From assembly GCF_009834535.1 (NCBI RefSeq), contig NC_045697.1, forward strand, positions 45,014,001-45,078,000: 64,000 bases of DNA, read 5' to 3'. The first letter of the stretch is position 1. The number at the start of each line of letters is the position of its first letter. The notes beneath the pieces were generated by a model. It was not told the DNA's origin and ran no database searches. It saw only the letters and a program-made list of their open reading frames with translations. Source of the stretch: Camelus ferus. Lineage: Eukaryota. Both the position numbers and the translations under genes were made by a program. Positions 36,300 through 49,893 of this stretch are shown here, one piece after another.

Positions 36300-36950
36300 T
36301 CAGTGGGCACTCATTTTACCTACTAAATGAAGCCCATGCTCCTTAGCATGGAATCCAAGGCTCTAATGATCTGGCCTCTCTCTCCTGACTTACCTTTAGT
36401 TACCCTATGCTCTGCACCCTCCTCCAGCTTCATTATACATATATGCAACAATTTTTTCATGCTCCGTGGCTTGGTACACTGTTTTGTTTCTCACTTCTAA
36501 GCTTTAGCTAATGCTGTTCCCTATGCTTAGGATGCCTTTCCCATCTGTACTTACATGAAAATCCTTTATGATCCAGCACAGGCTTCGTCTCCTCTAGGAG
36601 ACTTTCTCTGGATTCATTCACTCAATACATATGTATTGAGCACCTACTGTGTGGCATTTGCTGTCTCAGGCACGGGAGACATGGTACTGAATCTGGCAAC
36701 GTCTCTCTCCCTCTTGCAAAGCTTATCCATCAGTGGGGGAGACAGAAAGAACACAAAAATAATGATGCAATCTGTCAGATGGTAGTAGTGCTATGAAAAA
36801 GAATCAAGCAAAATAAAGAGAGAAGGAGAGAGATGGGCAAGTTGTCAATTTATATACCATCAACCGGTAATGCTTCTGTCATAGGTGACATTTAAGCAGA
36901 GACCTGCAGGAAGTAAGGGAGTAAACATTGCAGAAATATGGGGAAGAGCC
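36300..36950. mobile_element. Two L2 fragments in opposite orientation
   Basis: 36300-36610 plus (ctccttagcatgg...atgctgttccct); 36612-36950 minus (attcattcactcaatacatatgtattgagcacctactgtgt). Confidence 0.65.
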
Positions 36951-37563
36951 TCAAGATCATTCCTTTCCATTTCTTTTGTCTCTATGATTTGCTGAATGGA
37001 TGGATGCAAAAGAAAAAGAAAAATGTTGTGGGCAGAGGGAACAGTAAGTACAAGCTCTGAGGGAGCAAGACTTTCAATGCTCAGTTAATATTTGCGTGAT
37101 CTGATACGAGCAATTAGACTTTTCAGGGATGAACTCTAGCCACTGGAAGCTGAGAGGGAGGAGGAAAAATATAAGTCATGGTCCAGTTCCTGGGCAGTGA
37201 CACTGGCAAGAAAGAGTATCATCAAGCACCAAGTAGTCTGATTCACTGCAGAGTATCGAGTCCTATGGGGTCTCTAGGCCCGAAATTGGGAAACTGAGGC
37301 TGGAAGCCTGGGTGTAGGAATGCTCAGCACATCGAGCACAAGGGATGTGGAGACAAAAGGCTGACCCCTGGCTGTGGCTGCTGATGTGAGTTGTCATCCT
37401 CAACACTCACTTTGCGAGTCTGTATTGCCATTTATTTTATTTCATTGAAAATAATGGTTTCCAGGCCTGTTTCCTGGCCTCCTGGAGGTGGGAATCAATA
37501 AAGATCTCCTTTCTGTTCCGGGTTTCTGGCACAGTGGCCATCAAACAGTCTCCTCTGCATGGT

Positions 37564-38758
37564 TGTTGGTTTACAATCCAGGGAGCCTCCTGGGTGAAAT
37601 TAGAAACTGGCCCCAGACACGGAGGGCAGGGAGAGACTGAAGAGTCGGACCACTCTGCATTGGTAGGTGGTAATTTTATTTTTATTTTATTTATTTATTA
37701 TTGAAGTATAGTCAACTTACAATGTTGTATTAGTTTGTGTTGTACAGCACAGTGATTCAGTAATACATATGTAATTCCTTTTCATATTCTTTTTCATTAT
37801 AGATTATTTACAAGGTATTGAATATACTTCCTCATGCTGTGCAGTAGGACCTTGTTGCTTATCTATTTTATATATAGTAATGTGTATCTGTAAATCCCAA
37901 ACTCCCAGTTTATCCCTTCCAACCCTTTCCCCGCCCCCAGTAACCATAAGTTTGTTTTCTATGTCTGTGAGTCTGTCTTTGTTTTGTAAATAAGAACATT
38001 TGTGGATTTTTTTTTTTAGATTCCACATATAAATGATATCATATGATATTTTTCTTTCTCTTTCTGGTTTACTTCACTTAGAATGACAGTCTCCAGGTCT
38101 ATCCATATTGCCGCAAATGGCATTATCTTATTCTTTTTTTATAGCTGAATAGTATTTCATTGTATGAATATACCACAACTTCTTTAACCAGTCATCTGTC
38201 GATGGGCATTTAGGTTGTTTTTATGTCTTGGCTATTGTAAATAGTGCTGCTATGAACATTGGGTGCATATATCTTTAAAATTACAGTTTCCTTCAGATAT
38301 ATACTCAGGATTGAGATGGCTGGATCATATGGTAAGTCTATGTTTAGTTTTTTAAGGAATCTCCGTACTATTTTCCATAATGACTGCACCAAACTACATT
38401 CCCACCAACAGTGTGGTAGGGCTTCCTTTGGTAATTTTAGTAAGCAAGAGAATTTTAGAAGCAAGTAACATAGAGTTTTGTCTCAAGTAACTGCAAGACA
38501 AGTAGGTCTCTGCACCCACCCACCAGAATCTTATAGTTGATATAGAGGCCTATCTTAATGGGGTTCAGTCACGTACACAGTTCAAATGGTCTCAACAACA
38601 CATTGCTCTCTCAAGGCTGCATCCTTGAAATAGCTTTGGCTATGGGAACTGTGGGCAAAACATTCCAAGGACAGGGGAGGAGGTGAGGAGCCTCCGATTG
38701 CTGGGGTTCAGCCCACAGGTTAATCAGTGGTCAGGCCTCTCCATCACCCCTTCCAACA
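37564..38758 (-). mobile_element. MER54-like ERVL solo LTR with 5-bp TSD, interrupted by L1
   Basis: Inverted termini tgttgg...ccaaca; perfect TSD ATGGT at 37559-37563 and 38759-38763; internal ttggtaggtgg, ggttcagtcacgta, ggtctcaacaacacatt and cattccaaggacaggggagg match MER54 as remembered. Confidence 0.85.
37679..38428 (-). mobile_element. 5'-truncated L1 with ~11-bp TSD
   Basis: (ttta)n tail, 3' UTR and ORF2 remnant ([14 protein letters not shown]); TSD tggtaatttta 37668-37678 / 38429-38439. Confidence 0.94.
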
Positions 38759-39839
38759 ATGGTCAAGTTGCCAAATGGGGTGGGTGAAGCACGAAGGCTA
38801 CCAAGGCCAATAGGATCTGGCCATCGATCAGTCTTTTCTGATCGACCTTCTCAAGGTAACTTGGAAAAAACAGTGTTTGTTGTAGGGATATATATTGATT
38901 TAGTGCTCTATTTAGAACAAAAACTGGAAGCCCTCATGGTACAACTGTAGGGGTGATAGAGTACACTCACTCCTTATTTTCTCTCTCCTCTTTGTGGGCC
39001 CATCTCTGAGTGTTCACTTTGTTTTGCTTTATTTGCTATGAGCCTTCTTCTGCTTACTATTAGTTTCTGCTGTCTCATAAGTTTGAATTGCATGTGCCTT
39101 TGGCTTGCCATGAACCCGACTCTGCTTCATGGCTTTTTTCAGCTTCAGTTCAGATCACCAACTGATACACTCTGTCTGCATGACTTAATTCAAACTTAGG
39201 AGACAGAGAACTTAGTTGTCCCCGCTCATTTTTCTTTTTTTTTAACAGCAGCAAGCCAAGCTCAGCTCAGGTGCTCACCATTAGCTTAAGTACCTGAAGT
39301 CTAGCTGGTAGGAGGAGGGAAACCAAGAAAAGGGAGTGTGCAGTATAAAACGGGGTGGCTTAGACGTCAGGGGCTGAGGGTGGGAAATATTCTCTCACAA
39401 GACAGCACAGGTGAGCAGACAGCAATTGACATCTCTAATTCGAGGAACAAGAGGAGTCCTTGAGGGGGAATTGAGAGCTAACTTGGGAGTTTAAATATCA
39501 TCACTAAGTTCTGAGAGTCAAGAGGAGGTCTGTGAGGGAAAAATGAAACCAATATTCAGCCAAGTCCAGGTGGGACTAGAAGGCGGTGGGCAGTGACTCC
39601 CTGAGATGGCTGACAAGGAGCCCAAGGAGCGTCTCCAGTGGAAGCAGAACTTAGCAGCTGTCACTCCCGTGCTGTTGGGCGATGGAAGAAACGGGGTGAG
39701 TCCTCAAGGCCGTACACATGTAGAGCGCTATATTAGGCTGACCCAAGACAAGAGCTGAAGGGAAGCTGAGAGTTCATACAAGCACAGGTAGTATGCTCCA
39801 GCGCTCTGGCCCTCAGGCACTGAAGACTGTACTCAGTGC

Positions 39840-40110
39840 CAGGCATTGTCATAAATCCTGGGAATATGACAGCTCTTCCTCGCCCTTGACACTCCCTGTC
39901 CCCCTTCCCTGATTTATTTTTGCTAATAGCACTTTTAACTTTCCAAAACACTTCCTATTTCTCTTACTTCTTAATTTTTTTATTTCTCCCTTGGAATCTA
40001 AAATCCATGGGATCTAAGCTCTATGAGAGCAGGGGTGTTCTCTGTTTTGATCGGTGTTCTATTTGTAGCATCCGCAAAGTACCTTGCTCAGAAATAACTG
40101 GCTGAATACA
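39840..40110 (+). mobile_element. L2 3' fragment
   Basis: cactccctgtccccc...taagctctatgagagcaggg...gctcagaaataactggctgaat. Confidence 0.6.
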
Positions 40111-40286
40111 TTAATGGATCCCATCATTTATCTGTGTTGCTTGCACAGGAAAGAAGAGAGGTCATATTCATAAGTCAGAAACTATCTGAGTATTTCCTGG
40201 AAACATTGATGAGGCATGTATATATGTCTATATTAATAAGAATTTTCCTCTCTTTTGGGCATAAATAGGTCTGAACACGTTTACTA

Positions 40287-40515
40287 GTATATTAATCAAT
40301 ATAGGCTACATTATGCTGTGATAACAAACTCATCCCTAAATCTCAATGGTTTACCTCAACACACATATGCAGTGCTGGACAGCAGGAGGTTCTGCTCCAT
40401 ATGGTCACTCAGGAACCCAGGATAACAGTGTCTCCACCATCCTTTGACACCAGCACCTCAGCGTGATACTTTAGAGTTCGCTGCTGGAAGGAAAAGGAGA
40501 ACAAGGAGGATGTAT
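40287..40515 (-). mobile_element. MLT1I/J-type MaLR LTR fragment
   Basis: ataggctacattatgctgtgataacaaac...aatctcaatggttta...ggtcactcaggaacccagg. Confidence 0.65.
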
Positions 40516-41084
40516 AACCCTCCTCACATTTGCTCAGAGCTTGCTCCTTTCTCCAGAAGGTCCACATCTTTTCCCAACATGACCTCAAAGGCAGCTATGT
40601 GAACGTTACTGCATATGTATGAACAGCACTTGAAGCAATTTTTTTTCAGTAAATTAAAGGGAAAAGAAATCACACAAGGATGTCAACAGGTAGTCACTGA
40701 CCTACTCAAGTGACTGGACCAAGACTGGCCGGCTGTGACCGTGTGTGTCTGACCCAGCACTCTCCCTACTCTTTTTCTCTCCATCTCCTATTGAAGTAAA
40801 ATTGCTCCAGCAGAATCCATCTTTCTGAATAGAGATGTCTGTGTGGACCTGACCTCCCAGGCCCCATGAAGCAGGAAAAGCAAGTGCTTACTATCTTCTA
40901 AAGACAACAGATTCTGGCTTTTTATCTTATTATGAAGGAAATTCCATCACACCAGCTCAGTCACTGGCCTCGAACACTCAGGCTTGGCAGGAGGAGTTGT
41001 GCATAGTCTCAGCATGTCCTGTTAACATAAATTCACGCTGCTCCTCGTGGGAAATGTTTGCAGAAGGCAGTTGTACAAGCCAGC

Positions 41085-42482
41085 AATTGATAAAGCTATA
41101 CTGACACCTCGTAATCACCCAAAGTCCACAGTTTACCATAGGGCTCATTCTTGATGTATAATAACATGATAACATGTATCTATCAACAGATAGCATCACA
41201 CAAAAGCAGTCTCACTGCCCTAAAAATCCTCTGTTATCTGTCTGGTCATCCCCGTCCCTTGGCAACCACTGATCTTTTTATTGTCTCCATAGCTTTGCCT
41301 TTTCTAGAATGTCACAGAGTCGGAATCATACAGTGTGTAGTCTTTTAAGATTGGCTTCTTTCACTTAGCAATATGCATCTAAATTTCCTTCATGTCTTTC
41401 CATGACTTAGCACTGAATGCCATTCCATTGTCTGGATGTAATACAATTTATTTATCCATTCACCTACTGAAGGACATCTTAGTTGCTTTCAATTTTGGGC
41501 AATTATGCAAAAAGCTACTATTAATATCCACACACAGGTTTTCGTGTGGACATAAGTTTTCAATTCCCGTGGGTAAATACCAAGAAGCATGATTGCTGGA
41601 TTGTATGGTAAGGGTATGTTTAGTTTTGTAAGAAATTGCCAAACTGTCTTCCAAAGGGGCTGTACCATTTTCCATTCCCATCAGTAATAAATGAGAATTC
41701 CTGTTGCTTCACATCCTTGCCAGCATTTGGTGTTGTCAGTGTTCTGGATTTTAGTCATTCTAATAAGTGTTCAGTGACATCTCATTATTTTAATTTACAT
41801 TTCCCTGATGATATATGATGTGAAGCGTCTCTTCATTTGCTGATTTGCCATCTGTACATGTTCTTTGGTGAAGCGTCTGTTAAGATCTTTAGCCCATTTC
41901 TTAAACTAGTTGTTTTCTTATCATCAAGTTTTAAGAGTTCCTTGTATGAGTTGGATAATGAGCCTTTGTCAGCTATGTCCTTTGCAAATGTATTCTCCCA
42001 GTCTGCGGCTTGTCTTCACATTCCCCTGACACTGCCTTTTGCAGACCGAAGGTTTTAATTTTAATGAAGTCCAGCTTATCAATTATTTATCTCATAGATG
42101 GTGCCTTTGGCACCGTATCTAAAAAGTCATCACTATACCCAAAGTCATCTAGGTGTTCTTCTGTGTTATCTTCTAGGAATGTTATAGATTTGCATTTTAC
42201 ATTTAGGTCCATTTTGAGTTAATTTTTGTGAAGGGTGTTAGGTCTGTGTCTAGATTCACATTTGTTTGTTTGTTTGTTTGTTTGTGCATGTGGGTGTCCA
42301 GTTGTTCCATCATCATTTGTTGAAAAGACTATCTTTGCTCCACTGTTCTGTCCCTTTACTCTGTTGTGAAAGGCCAGTTGAGTATATCGGTGCAGGTGTG
42401 TTTCTGGGCTCTCTGTTCTGGTCCATTGGGTTTTTGTCTGTATTCTTTTGCCCGAATCACACTGTCTTGATTGCTGTGGCTT
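41085..42482 (-). mobile_element. L1MC-type LINE fragment (ORF2 end plus 3' UTR)
   Basis: Reverse strand reads gtaaactgtggactttgggtgat (L1MC1-like 3' UTR) and continues through decayed ORF2; produces the short ORFs at 40978-42548. Confidence 0.85.
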
Positions 42483-45059
42483 CCTTCTAGTCATTTTCAT
42501 TTTTATTTGTACACAAACACACACACACTCTTTAGTAGAATGCAGCAAACGGGCCTGGCTGCAGTTTACAGCTGCTTTGGGTGTAGACTATTTTCAAATC
42601 AAAGTCATTGTTAGAGTGTATGAGAATTCTCACACCCTCTGAATCAGGACACATGCATTGGACTGACATAGATTACAAAAAGCAAGGAAACACCAGCATC
42701 TGCCCTGTGATTTTCACTAAATTAACACAATTCAGAGCTACATTTCAAGTCTGCAGATGGTACCTTTAAAAAGTAACCAAGCAAGTGAATCCTCTGAATC
42801 CATTACAACGTTTAATACTAAGCTGAATTCTTGGTTAACATTAAGGCTAACAATGACCTTAGCCAAATTCCAAATTTCAGCCAAAACAAATAGATTTCAT
42901 AGAGATCATGGCTCAAATTCAGACAAAGAGCAGAGAGAGATAAAAATTGGTTAAACAACTCTTCCTTCCTCTGTGAATTCTGTCATGCTTTCCATCACTC
43001 TCTCATCTGTTTGGTTTAGGTGCAGAAAGTCCTTATTCCTTATCATACCAGGTCAAGCTGAATCCGGGTATAGATCAAATGCGATGATAAATTAAGGTGG
43101 ATCAACTTTTGTTTTTCTCTCATTCTGCTATTTGTATACACACGCTAAGGTTCAAGGGTAAATCCTGAAGTTAAAAAGAGAAGGTTAAGAAGAATATAGT
43201 AGCTGTGTTGCCATGTTTTATTTGTATTTTTAACTTTCTCTAAGACTTTAAGTAAAGAAAAGCCATTAAAATCATACACTGGAGAGTAAGGGATTAGAGG
43301 GAGCATGACTCAGAGAAACTAAACACTAGGCTGGCACACGAAGCACCTAAATAGCAGGTTCCAAACCAGCAGTGGTGGCCCATCCTCTGAGTTTCTTAGA
43401 CGGATTTTTTTTTTTTTTTAATTCAGAGCCTAAATGGATTGCTCTCCATCAAGAGCTTAATTCTACTTTAATTGTACTTAACGATCAAGTACACTTTTAT
43501 GATACAGAAGTCATTTTATTTATGATTATAAGCTAAACAGAGGAGACACTCAGGAAGAATAAACTGTCCACTCAGAATACTGAGGATCAGAGAGTGTTAC
43601 CTGAATACTATTACCAGGATTTATATTTTCCTGGTGTTGCACAGGTGGGCCTTGCATCTGCTGTGTGTCTGTCCTTCTCCAGAGGAAGCTGCCTTTCCCT
43701 GACAATTTCCTTGCCCATAAATATGACTGAGGATGAAGTACATGAAGGTGTTCAGGCTCATCTGGTCTAATGTACGGAGTTATCTGCCCACGTTCTGAAG
43801 GCAGAAGTGGCCCCAGTGGGAGCAGCAGCTCATATGCATGTGCTCACATCAGCCTAAACTGCAAAAGCCAAAAGTACTGGCACCAAAAGCTAGCTTTGCA
43901 TTTGGATGGAGGGCACAGTTTTCACTTTTCTTCAAGGCTGATTAATTACACAATTTGCATCTAGCAATCACTTGTCAATTATAAGCAGCAGACAGCAGAT
44001 GATACTGTAACTGTCTGCTCCATGATAATTTTTAGAGAGGCGTGTTCAAAAATAGAATTGGTTTAGGAAACAATGTAATTAAGTAAGCAGCCGAGAGAAA
44101 ATATTTCAGCTGTTCCTATTGCCCTACTCTACATCTCTGTATTCGGCTAAGAGAAGTCTTTTCTTAGGGGTTGATTGTCACTACCGATTTCTAAGCGGAT
44201 TCCAATGTTGCTTTTTGATGTGACATTTTATAACTACAGCTACATGATACACAGAAATGCCCTTAGCATGTGCCAAATCTATTCAACTTAAATTGTTTCT
44301 TTTAATGTCATCTATGTTTTAGAATGATAGAAATTTAAGAGAATTCAGGGAAACTCCACTCAAGGAAGGAACACTGTTTATTTTAATAAGTTGTCCCTGA
44401 AGCATTTATCAGGAGCTCTGAACCAGTAACCCTTTATGGCAATCAAGCATTAAGAAACTACTGTCAACTTAACATCAACAAGGCCAACCAAACAAGAAGC
44501 CAACACACATCAATCTTATAACCTGTAAAATTATTACAGATGAAATCAATTCAGTAATTTGAACTGATTCAGATTTAGCATTTATCTGTTAAAAAAAAAA
44601 GAAACATAACAGAAAACAATTATATTCCTTCTCTAGTCTGTACTCACCCTGAAAAAAATGGCATCTTTCAAAGAAAGTCTTGAAGGTAGATGGTGAAGAA
44701 ACATATCGCTATTGATGACCTAGCTGCATTCTGGCCTGTGTTTTAGGGATGTAAAATATTTTATGAATATGAATTACCATTATTTGCTAAGATTCTCTTT
44801 AGCAGACCTGGAATGCAGCATCAGTGTCTGCTAGTAACTGAAGAACATTAGCAAACAACTTGTCACATTCACCGCTCCCTGAAATGTCATCCCGTCCAAG
44901 ACTATCTACCACTTTGCCCATGATGCTCTACACAGACACTGGGAAAAAATAAAGAATCATGGAAGACAGTTGGTGCTATTCAATGTCATTTAGAGTTAAC
45001 AGAGTCTGCTCTATATGCCCTTCATAAATTAATCAACTCTTTTCTTGGTTTTAAAAAGA

Positions 45060-45260
45060 GGCAGTATCAGTGTGATTTATTGGTGAACAGCATAGCTTTT
45101 GGAGGCAGACAACGTTGGGTTCAAATTCTTGCTTTATCATTACATATAGATGATCTTAAGCAATTTATTTCAGTGTATTAAATGTCAGTTTCCAATCTGC
45201 ATAAATGTTAATCATACTTACTTAGAGGGTTTTGCCTAACCCAGTGCCTGGTGTATCACT
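45060..45260 (+). mobile_element. MIR SINE
   Basis: gcttttggaggcagacaacgttgggttcaaattcttgct...tcagtttccaatctg...cagtgcctgg. Confidence 0.7.
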
Positions 45261-45639
45261 GTCGAGTAAGAATGAGTAACTGGGCTAATCTCTGGCTATC
45301 TATATATCTGTCTATCTAGATGCATGTGTGTGTGTGTATGTGCGTGTGTAAACATTTAGGCACAGTATCAACTTGGTAAGTAGTCAACACAAGTAGTTAA
45401 ATGATGGCCCCTGACTCTTTCTCCCTCCTACTTTCAACCTGTAACACTCCTCTCCAGGTTTTTCACATGTCTTATGAAGGTCTTATTTGCAAGCAATGGA
45501 AACCAGCTCTGGCTAATAGAAGCAGAAAAAGAAATGTATCAAAAGATACTGCTAATGACAGTTATATAATGTTATCTCAATAATAAATTAAAAAACACAT
45601 ACATACATACATAAATGACACTGCTAAAGAAAGTCTAAG

Positions 45640-46090
45640 TTTGGTGAAGTACATGTTGGTACAACCACTTTGGAAAACTGTTTAGCCTTGCCTACTAAAA
45701 TTGCATATATGCAGAGTCTGTGATCTCACAATTCTTCTACCACATAGATAAAATATACGTAAGTGCACCAAAAGGCATGAGTAAGGATGTTCATGGCAGT
45801 ATTATGTATAATAGCTCCAAACTGGAAATAATACAAATGTCTGTTAGCAGTGAAATGGATAAACTGTGATAGAGTCACAGAATGGAATACTATGCAGCAA
45901 TGAGTCAGTGAACTATAGCCATGCACAGTGGCATAATGAACCTCAAAAACGTAACATTAAGGAAGAGAATGGAGATCCCCCAAAATACGTTGTGTGTAAT
46001 TTTATTTGTATGGCATTCAAGCAGGGTGTGTATGTGTGTGTGGAAAACTATGGTGTTAGAAATCAGGAGAGTGGCTTCCTTGGTGGAGTG
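45640..46090 (+). mobile_element. Old L1 (L1ME-type) 3' fragment
   Basis: ttggtacaaccactttggaaaactg...aaactggaaataatacaaatgtc...aatggaatactatgcagcaatg. Confidence 0.8.
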
Positions 46091-47829
46091 ACTGTGAGGT
46101 GGCGTGGAGGAGATGCCGTCTGGACGGGGCCTTGCTTGGCCCTCAGGTTGCTGAGCAGGAGACCCATCTGTCCCAAGGGAGGTAGAGAACACTTGTACCC
46201 TCCTTGGCCTGAGAGGTCTGGGAAGCCGCAGACGGCCTTGATAAGAGATGTGAGAGGAAAGTCAGACCCACTAAGGGCCGAGGGGCAGAAGTGACTCCAT
46301 GTCCTGACATAGGTCTGCTTTTATATTTTTACCTTTTATAATAAAATTTCAGATTAAAATGTCATTGGCATGCATCCTCTCTACTAAAATATTCCTGTAT
46401 ATTCCACTTCTCTTGTCCATTTGTTTGAGAGAAACTAGTGTTTGTGTGGGACTCTGCGTTCCAGTTTTTAAGTCGTGCTCACATGCTTTCTCTCATTTAG
46501 AGCATTGCTTCGAGAATAAAGACAATGGCAAAAACGACTCTATCACTGTGTCTGACCAGCACAGCCATTCATAACAAAGCTACGAGCTGGGTAGGGCAGG
46601 GAAGAGAAGTTGTTTAGCAGTATCGTTACCTTTTTTTTTTTTTTTTTTTTTTTGAGGAATCAAAAAGAGAAAAGACTCAAACCCAGATCTTCTGACGCCA
46701 AATTCTTTGCCCTTCAATCTGAATGCAGTTTGGATAATGGATCACATCTGATAAAATCAAACGGCTGATTTAATGATGGAAAAGTAAAATGAGCACACAA
46801 TGCTGTGCCATGATCCCCACACCAGCTGCCTCCCTGAGTGCGTCCAACTGGGGGGCACCTCTCTTTGTTTCAAAAAGCGGCCCAGAGAGGGCTCTTCTGC
46901 CATCAGGTCCAGAAGAGCTTGTCTACCGATAGGTCAAGAACTATTTCCATAAAACACCACTCCTGCTCCTGAGAATTATACCCATAATAGCATTTAAATA
47001 CCTAAAAATAATATAAATTACATGGTGTAGAGTCTACAATGTGGGCAGGATTTTTAGGAAATTCTTCCCTGTTAAACTGGAGATTAAAATCGGGAGGACT
47101 GCTTTCGGCTTGTACATCGCTGTGACGTGTAACACATGACAGGGACCAAGACACAGTGATGGGGCAGAAGCGGTCTCAGTACCCTCTGCGTCCCTCTCAG
47201 TTGCAGTCATTGGTTACTCCTTGTTGCTCTGTTTCCTATCAAAACCTGGTGTAAGAGATTACTCTCCCTCAGTCATTTTCCGCTTACTGTGAATTAAAAC
47301 CAGCCTGTCATCTCTCCCAGGGAATTTTACGCTTTAAGCCTTTTGCTCACTATTAATTACAGAATGAATGTCTTTTCCCTAGAAAAGATATTCCAGGTAC
47401 AAATAATCAAAGGGTGGGGCTTCCTTAACCTTTGCACTTGAAATTGTACCACTTGTCTGCTCTCCAGAAGAATTATGCCCATGGGTTATGGCTCCATTTG
47501 TGATCTGCCAACTCACCTCACTTAATTTCTAGTAACACAAGAAATTTCTAGGACGACTAGTTAAGGGCTATATTGTTTGAAAATATTATTACTGTACATG
47601 CTTCTTAGAAATGTTAGAGTAACTCTGAGCAATCTTTTGGTTTCAAGGAGAGAAGAATGATTAAGATTATTTCCACTTTACTATGTTCAGAGCTGAAAAA
47701 TGAATCCAAGAGTCACTGTAAGGAAGATATAAGAGTTGAAGCCCAAATGCTTCTGCTTGGAACACAGAGAAAGGCCCAAAAATGTGAGAACAAAGGCTTA
47801 TTCCCTTTTCCTTAAAAGTTGCATTTGAA

Positions 47830-47955
47830 GGGGGCAGAGTGTAGCTCAGTGGTAGAGCACATGCTTAGCATGCATGAGGTCCTGGGTCCAATCTCCAGTA
47901 CCTCCATCTAAATAAATAAACAAACCTAATTACCTCCTCCCCCACCCCACACAAA
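47830..47955 (+). mobile_element. Vic-1-type SINE with 15-bp TSD
   Basis: gtagctcagtggtagagcacatgcttagcatgcatgaggtcctggg...aaataaataaacaaacctaattacc; TSD aaaagttgcatttga 47814-47828 / aaaagttgtaattga 47956-47970 at a canonical TT|AAAA site. Confidence 0.94.
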
Positions 47956-48475
47956 AAAAGTTGTAATTGAGTGTATATATAAAGGATGAATGAATGTTTT
48001 CATTTTTTATCTTAGCATTTCATAAAACTTAATTAATATGAATTGATTTCATCATTGAGAACAGAAATTTTGTCCATATAGTGTCAGAATCCAAAGCTTA
48101 GCTTTAACCTGTGGTTGGAGCACTCGCTGGTGCTTGGACCAGATGAAGCTCATATATTTTCAAACAGACTGTTTTCAGTGATTTTGGAATCTGATTTGAG
48201 TATCTTTGTTACTTGTATTTTCCTGAGCTCCTGATTTGGAAAAAGTGCTACAACGTAACAAGTCTAATTTATCGTAGTCCTCTAACATTATTTCAAGATA
48301 AATTTGCCTAAGAGTGTAAATTTCACCTGTTAGACCACACACACTGTGGCAGTTACTTGGACAACCCAGTTTTTTAAATAAAATTGAATTTTGTTAGCTA
48401 TTTTTTAAGTGCTTACCAAAGGATTGGTGATTGTCTTATCGCTGCTTTGGTGCCTGGCAATGCTTAGACTTTCAT

Positions 48476-48810
48476 CAGGGCTAGCTTCATTAATTGCAGG
48501 GCCCTTGATTCAAAATCAACAAAAAAATGCCACTAAATATACTAAAATATGAAGTGTTTTCCTTTCTTCTGCAGTCTCTCTCTCACCTGTTTTTTATTGG
48601 CTACTTATTGTCATTCTTAGTAAAGAAATATTAAATCAAAGTATGAATTTTATCATTTGTGTCTATCATATGCAATGTCAGCTTTAAATGTAGATATAAG
48701 AGCATTTAACTTGTATGCAGGCTCACTGAAATTATGCAATTAATGCTTAGTAGCTTGTGCCCACAAGTGCATTTCATTCTTACCACACCAGTGGACACAC
48801 TGCACAACAG
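48476..48810. mobile_element. MER45-type hAT-Tip100 fragment
   Basis: cagggctagcttcat...actaaaatat...ttttcctttcttc...tataagagcatttaact...ttcttacc...gtggacacactgcacaa. Confidence 0.75.
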
Positions 48811-49029
48811 GATGTGTGCAGGGGAGAGAGCAGAACATTTTGGCAGCAGCGAGAAGTTCGAGTCGAGACAAGAAGGGTTAAGGCCAAAAGGTAGTATACA
48901 TTTTATACTGAAGAGTAATACATTTAAAATCAGAACTCCAAAGTAGTGAGCACTCTGTGCCTTTTGGTGCCCAGGGCTTACCCTGACACAAACGAACCGC
49001 CCCTCCTTGCCTATCACCTGCACCCTCAT

Positions 49030-49720
49030 GTCCTCCCCTTCTCTTGGAGTCTCTCAAGTCTCTACTCCTTGTCTCCACTTCCTCACTCCCTAGACACTGG
49101 TCTTTCCTGGTTTGTGACAACAGTAGCCTAAGTATTTCCCTAGCTTCCAATCTTTCCTTCTCTCAAATACATCCTCCCATCTGCTGGCCGAGTAATTCAT
49201 TCAAACACTGCTCTAAAAGCACCCTGCACTTCCTGCCTGCCTTTCCAGAGTCATCTCTCTCCCCCTCTGTCTCACCCTATAAGATCTAACAGCCCCAAAT
49301 TATTTGTGGTTCACATCAAAACTCAGCATTTCTTTTTGTTCCATACCTCTTGCCCGCATGACAGTTCCTCTTCCTGCAACACCATAAACCTCTTTTCGTA
49401 CCCCCAGACCCTCCCTCCCTTCCCTGCCCCACACCACTTTGTCTACCTCACTTTTGTTCTGTCCTCCCACACGTAGCTCCTGCACCGCCTCCTCCTGGGA
49501 GCCTCCCGGCCACAGGAACTCCCTCCTGGCGGGCGAGATGCACTTCCTTTAGCTCCCACTGTACCTTCTGCATCCGTGGGTCCTAAATATGCACTGCTCC
49601 TTTGGAGTGTTGTTTGATCACCTCTCTTCCCTAGTAGGCTTGGGGGAGCTCCTTGAGAGCAAGGCAGCATCTTCCTCACCTGAAGACCCCCCCGTGCCCG
49701 CTCAGTACTGACGTGCAGAA
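49030..49720 (+). mobile_element. L2 fragment
   Basis: ctagcttccaatctttcc...ctcctcctgggagcctccc...gagctccttgagagcaagg. Confidence 0.55.
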
Positions 49721-49893
49721 CGCTGCCCATTCCAACTGCCGCATCTGTTTGTCACTAGTCACTGCAGCACCTTCTCCCCGGTTCATTTGGAAACCTTTCC
49801 TACACTACCTGCCTAAAGGCCCGTAGAAGGCTTATCTCCTAAAAGTCCTTCTCCCCAATACTGATGATTTTTTTTTGGCTAGGAAGCCTTGTT

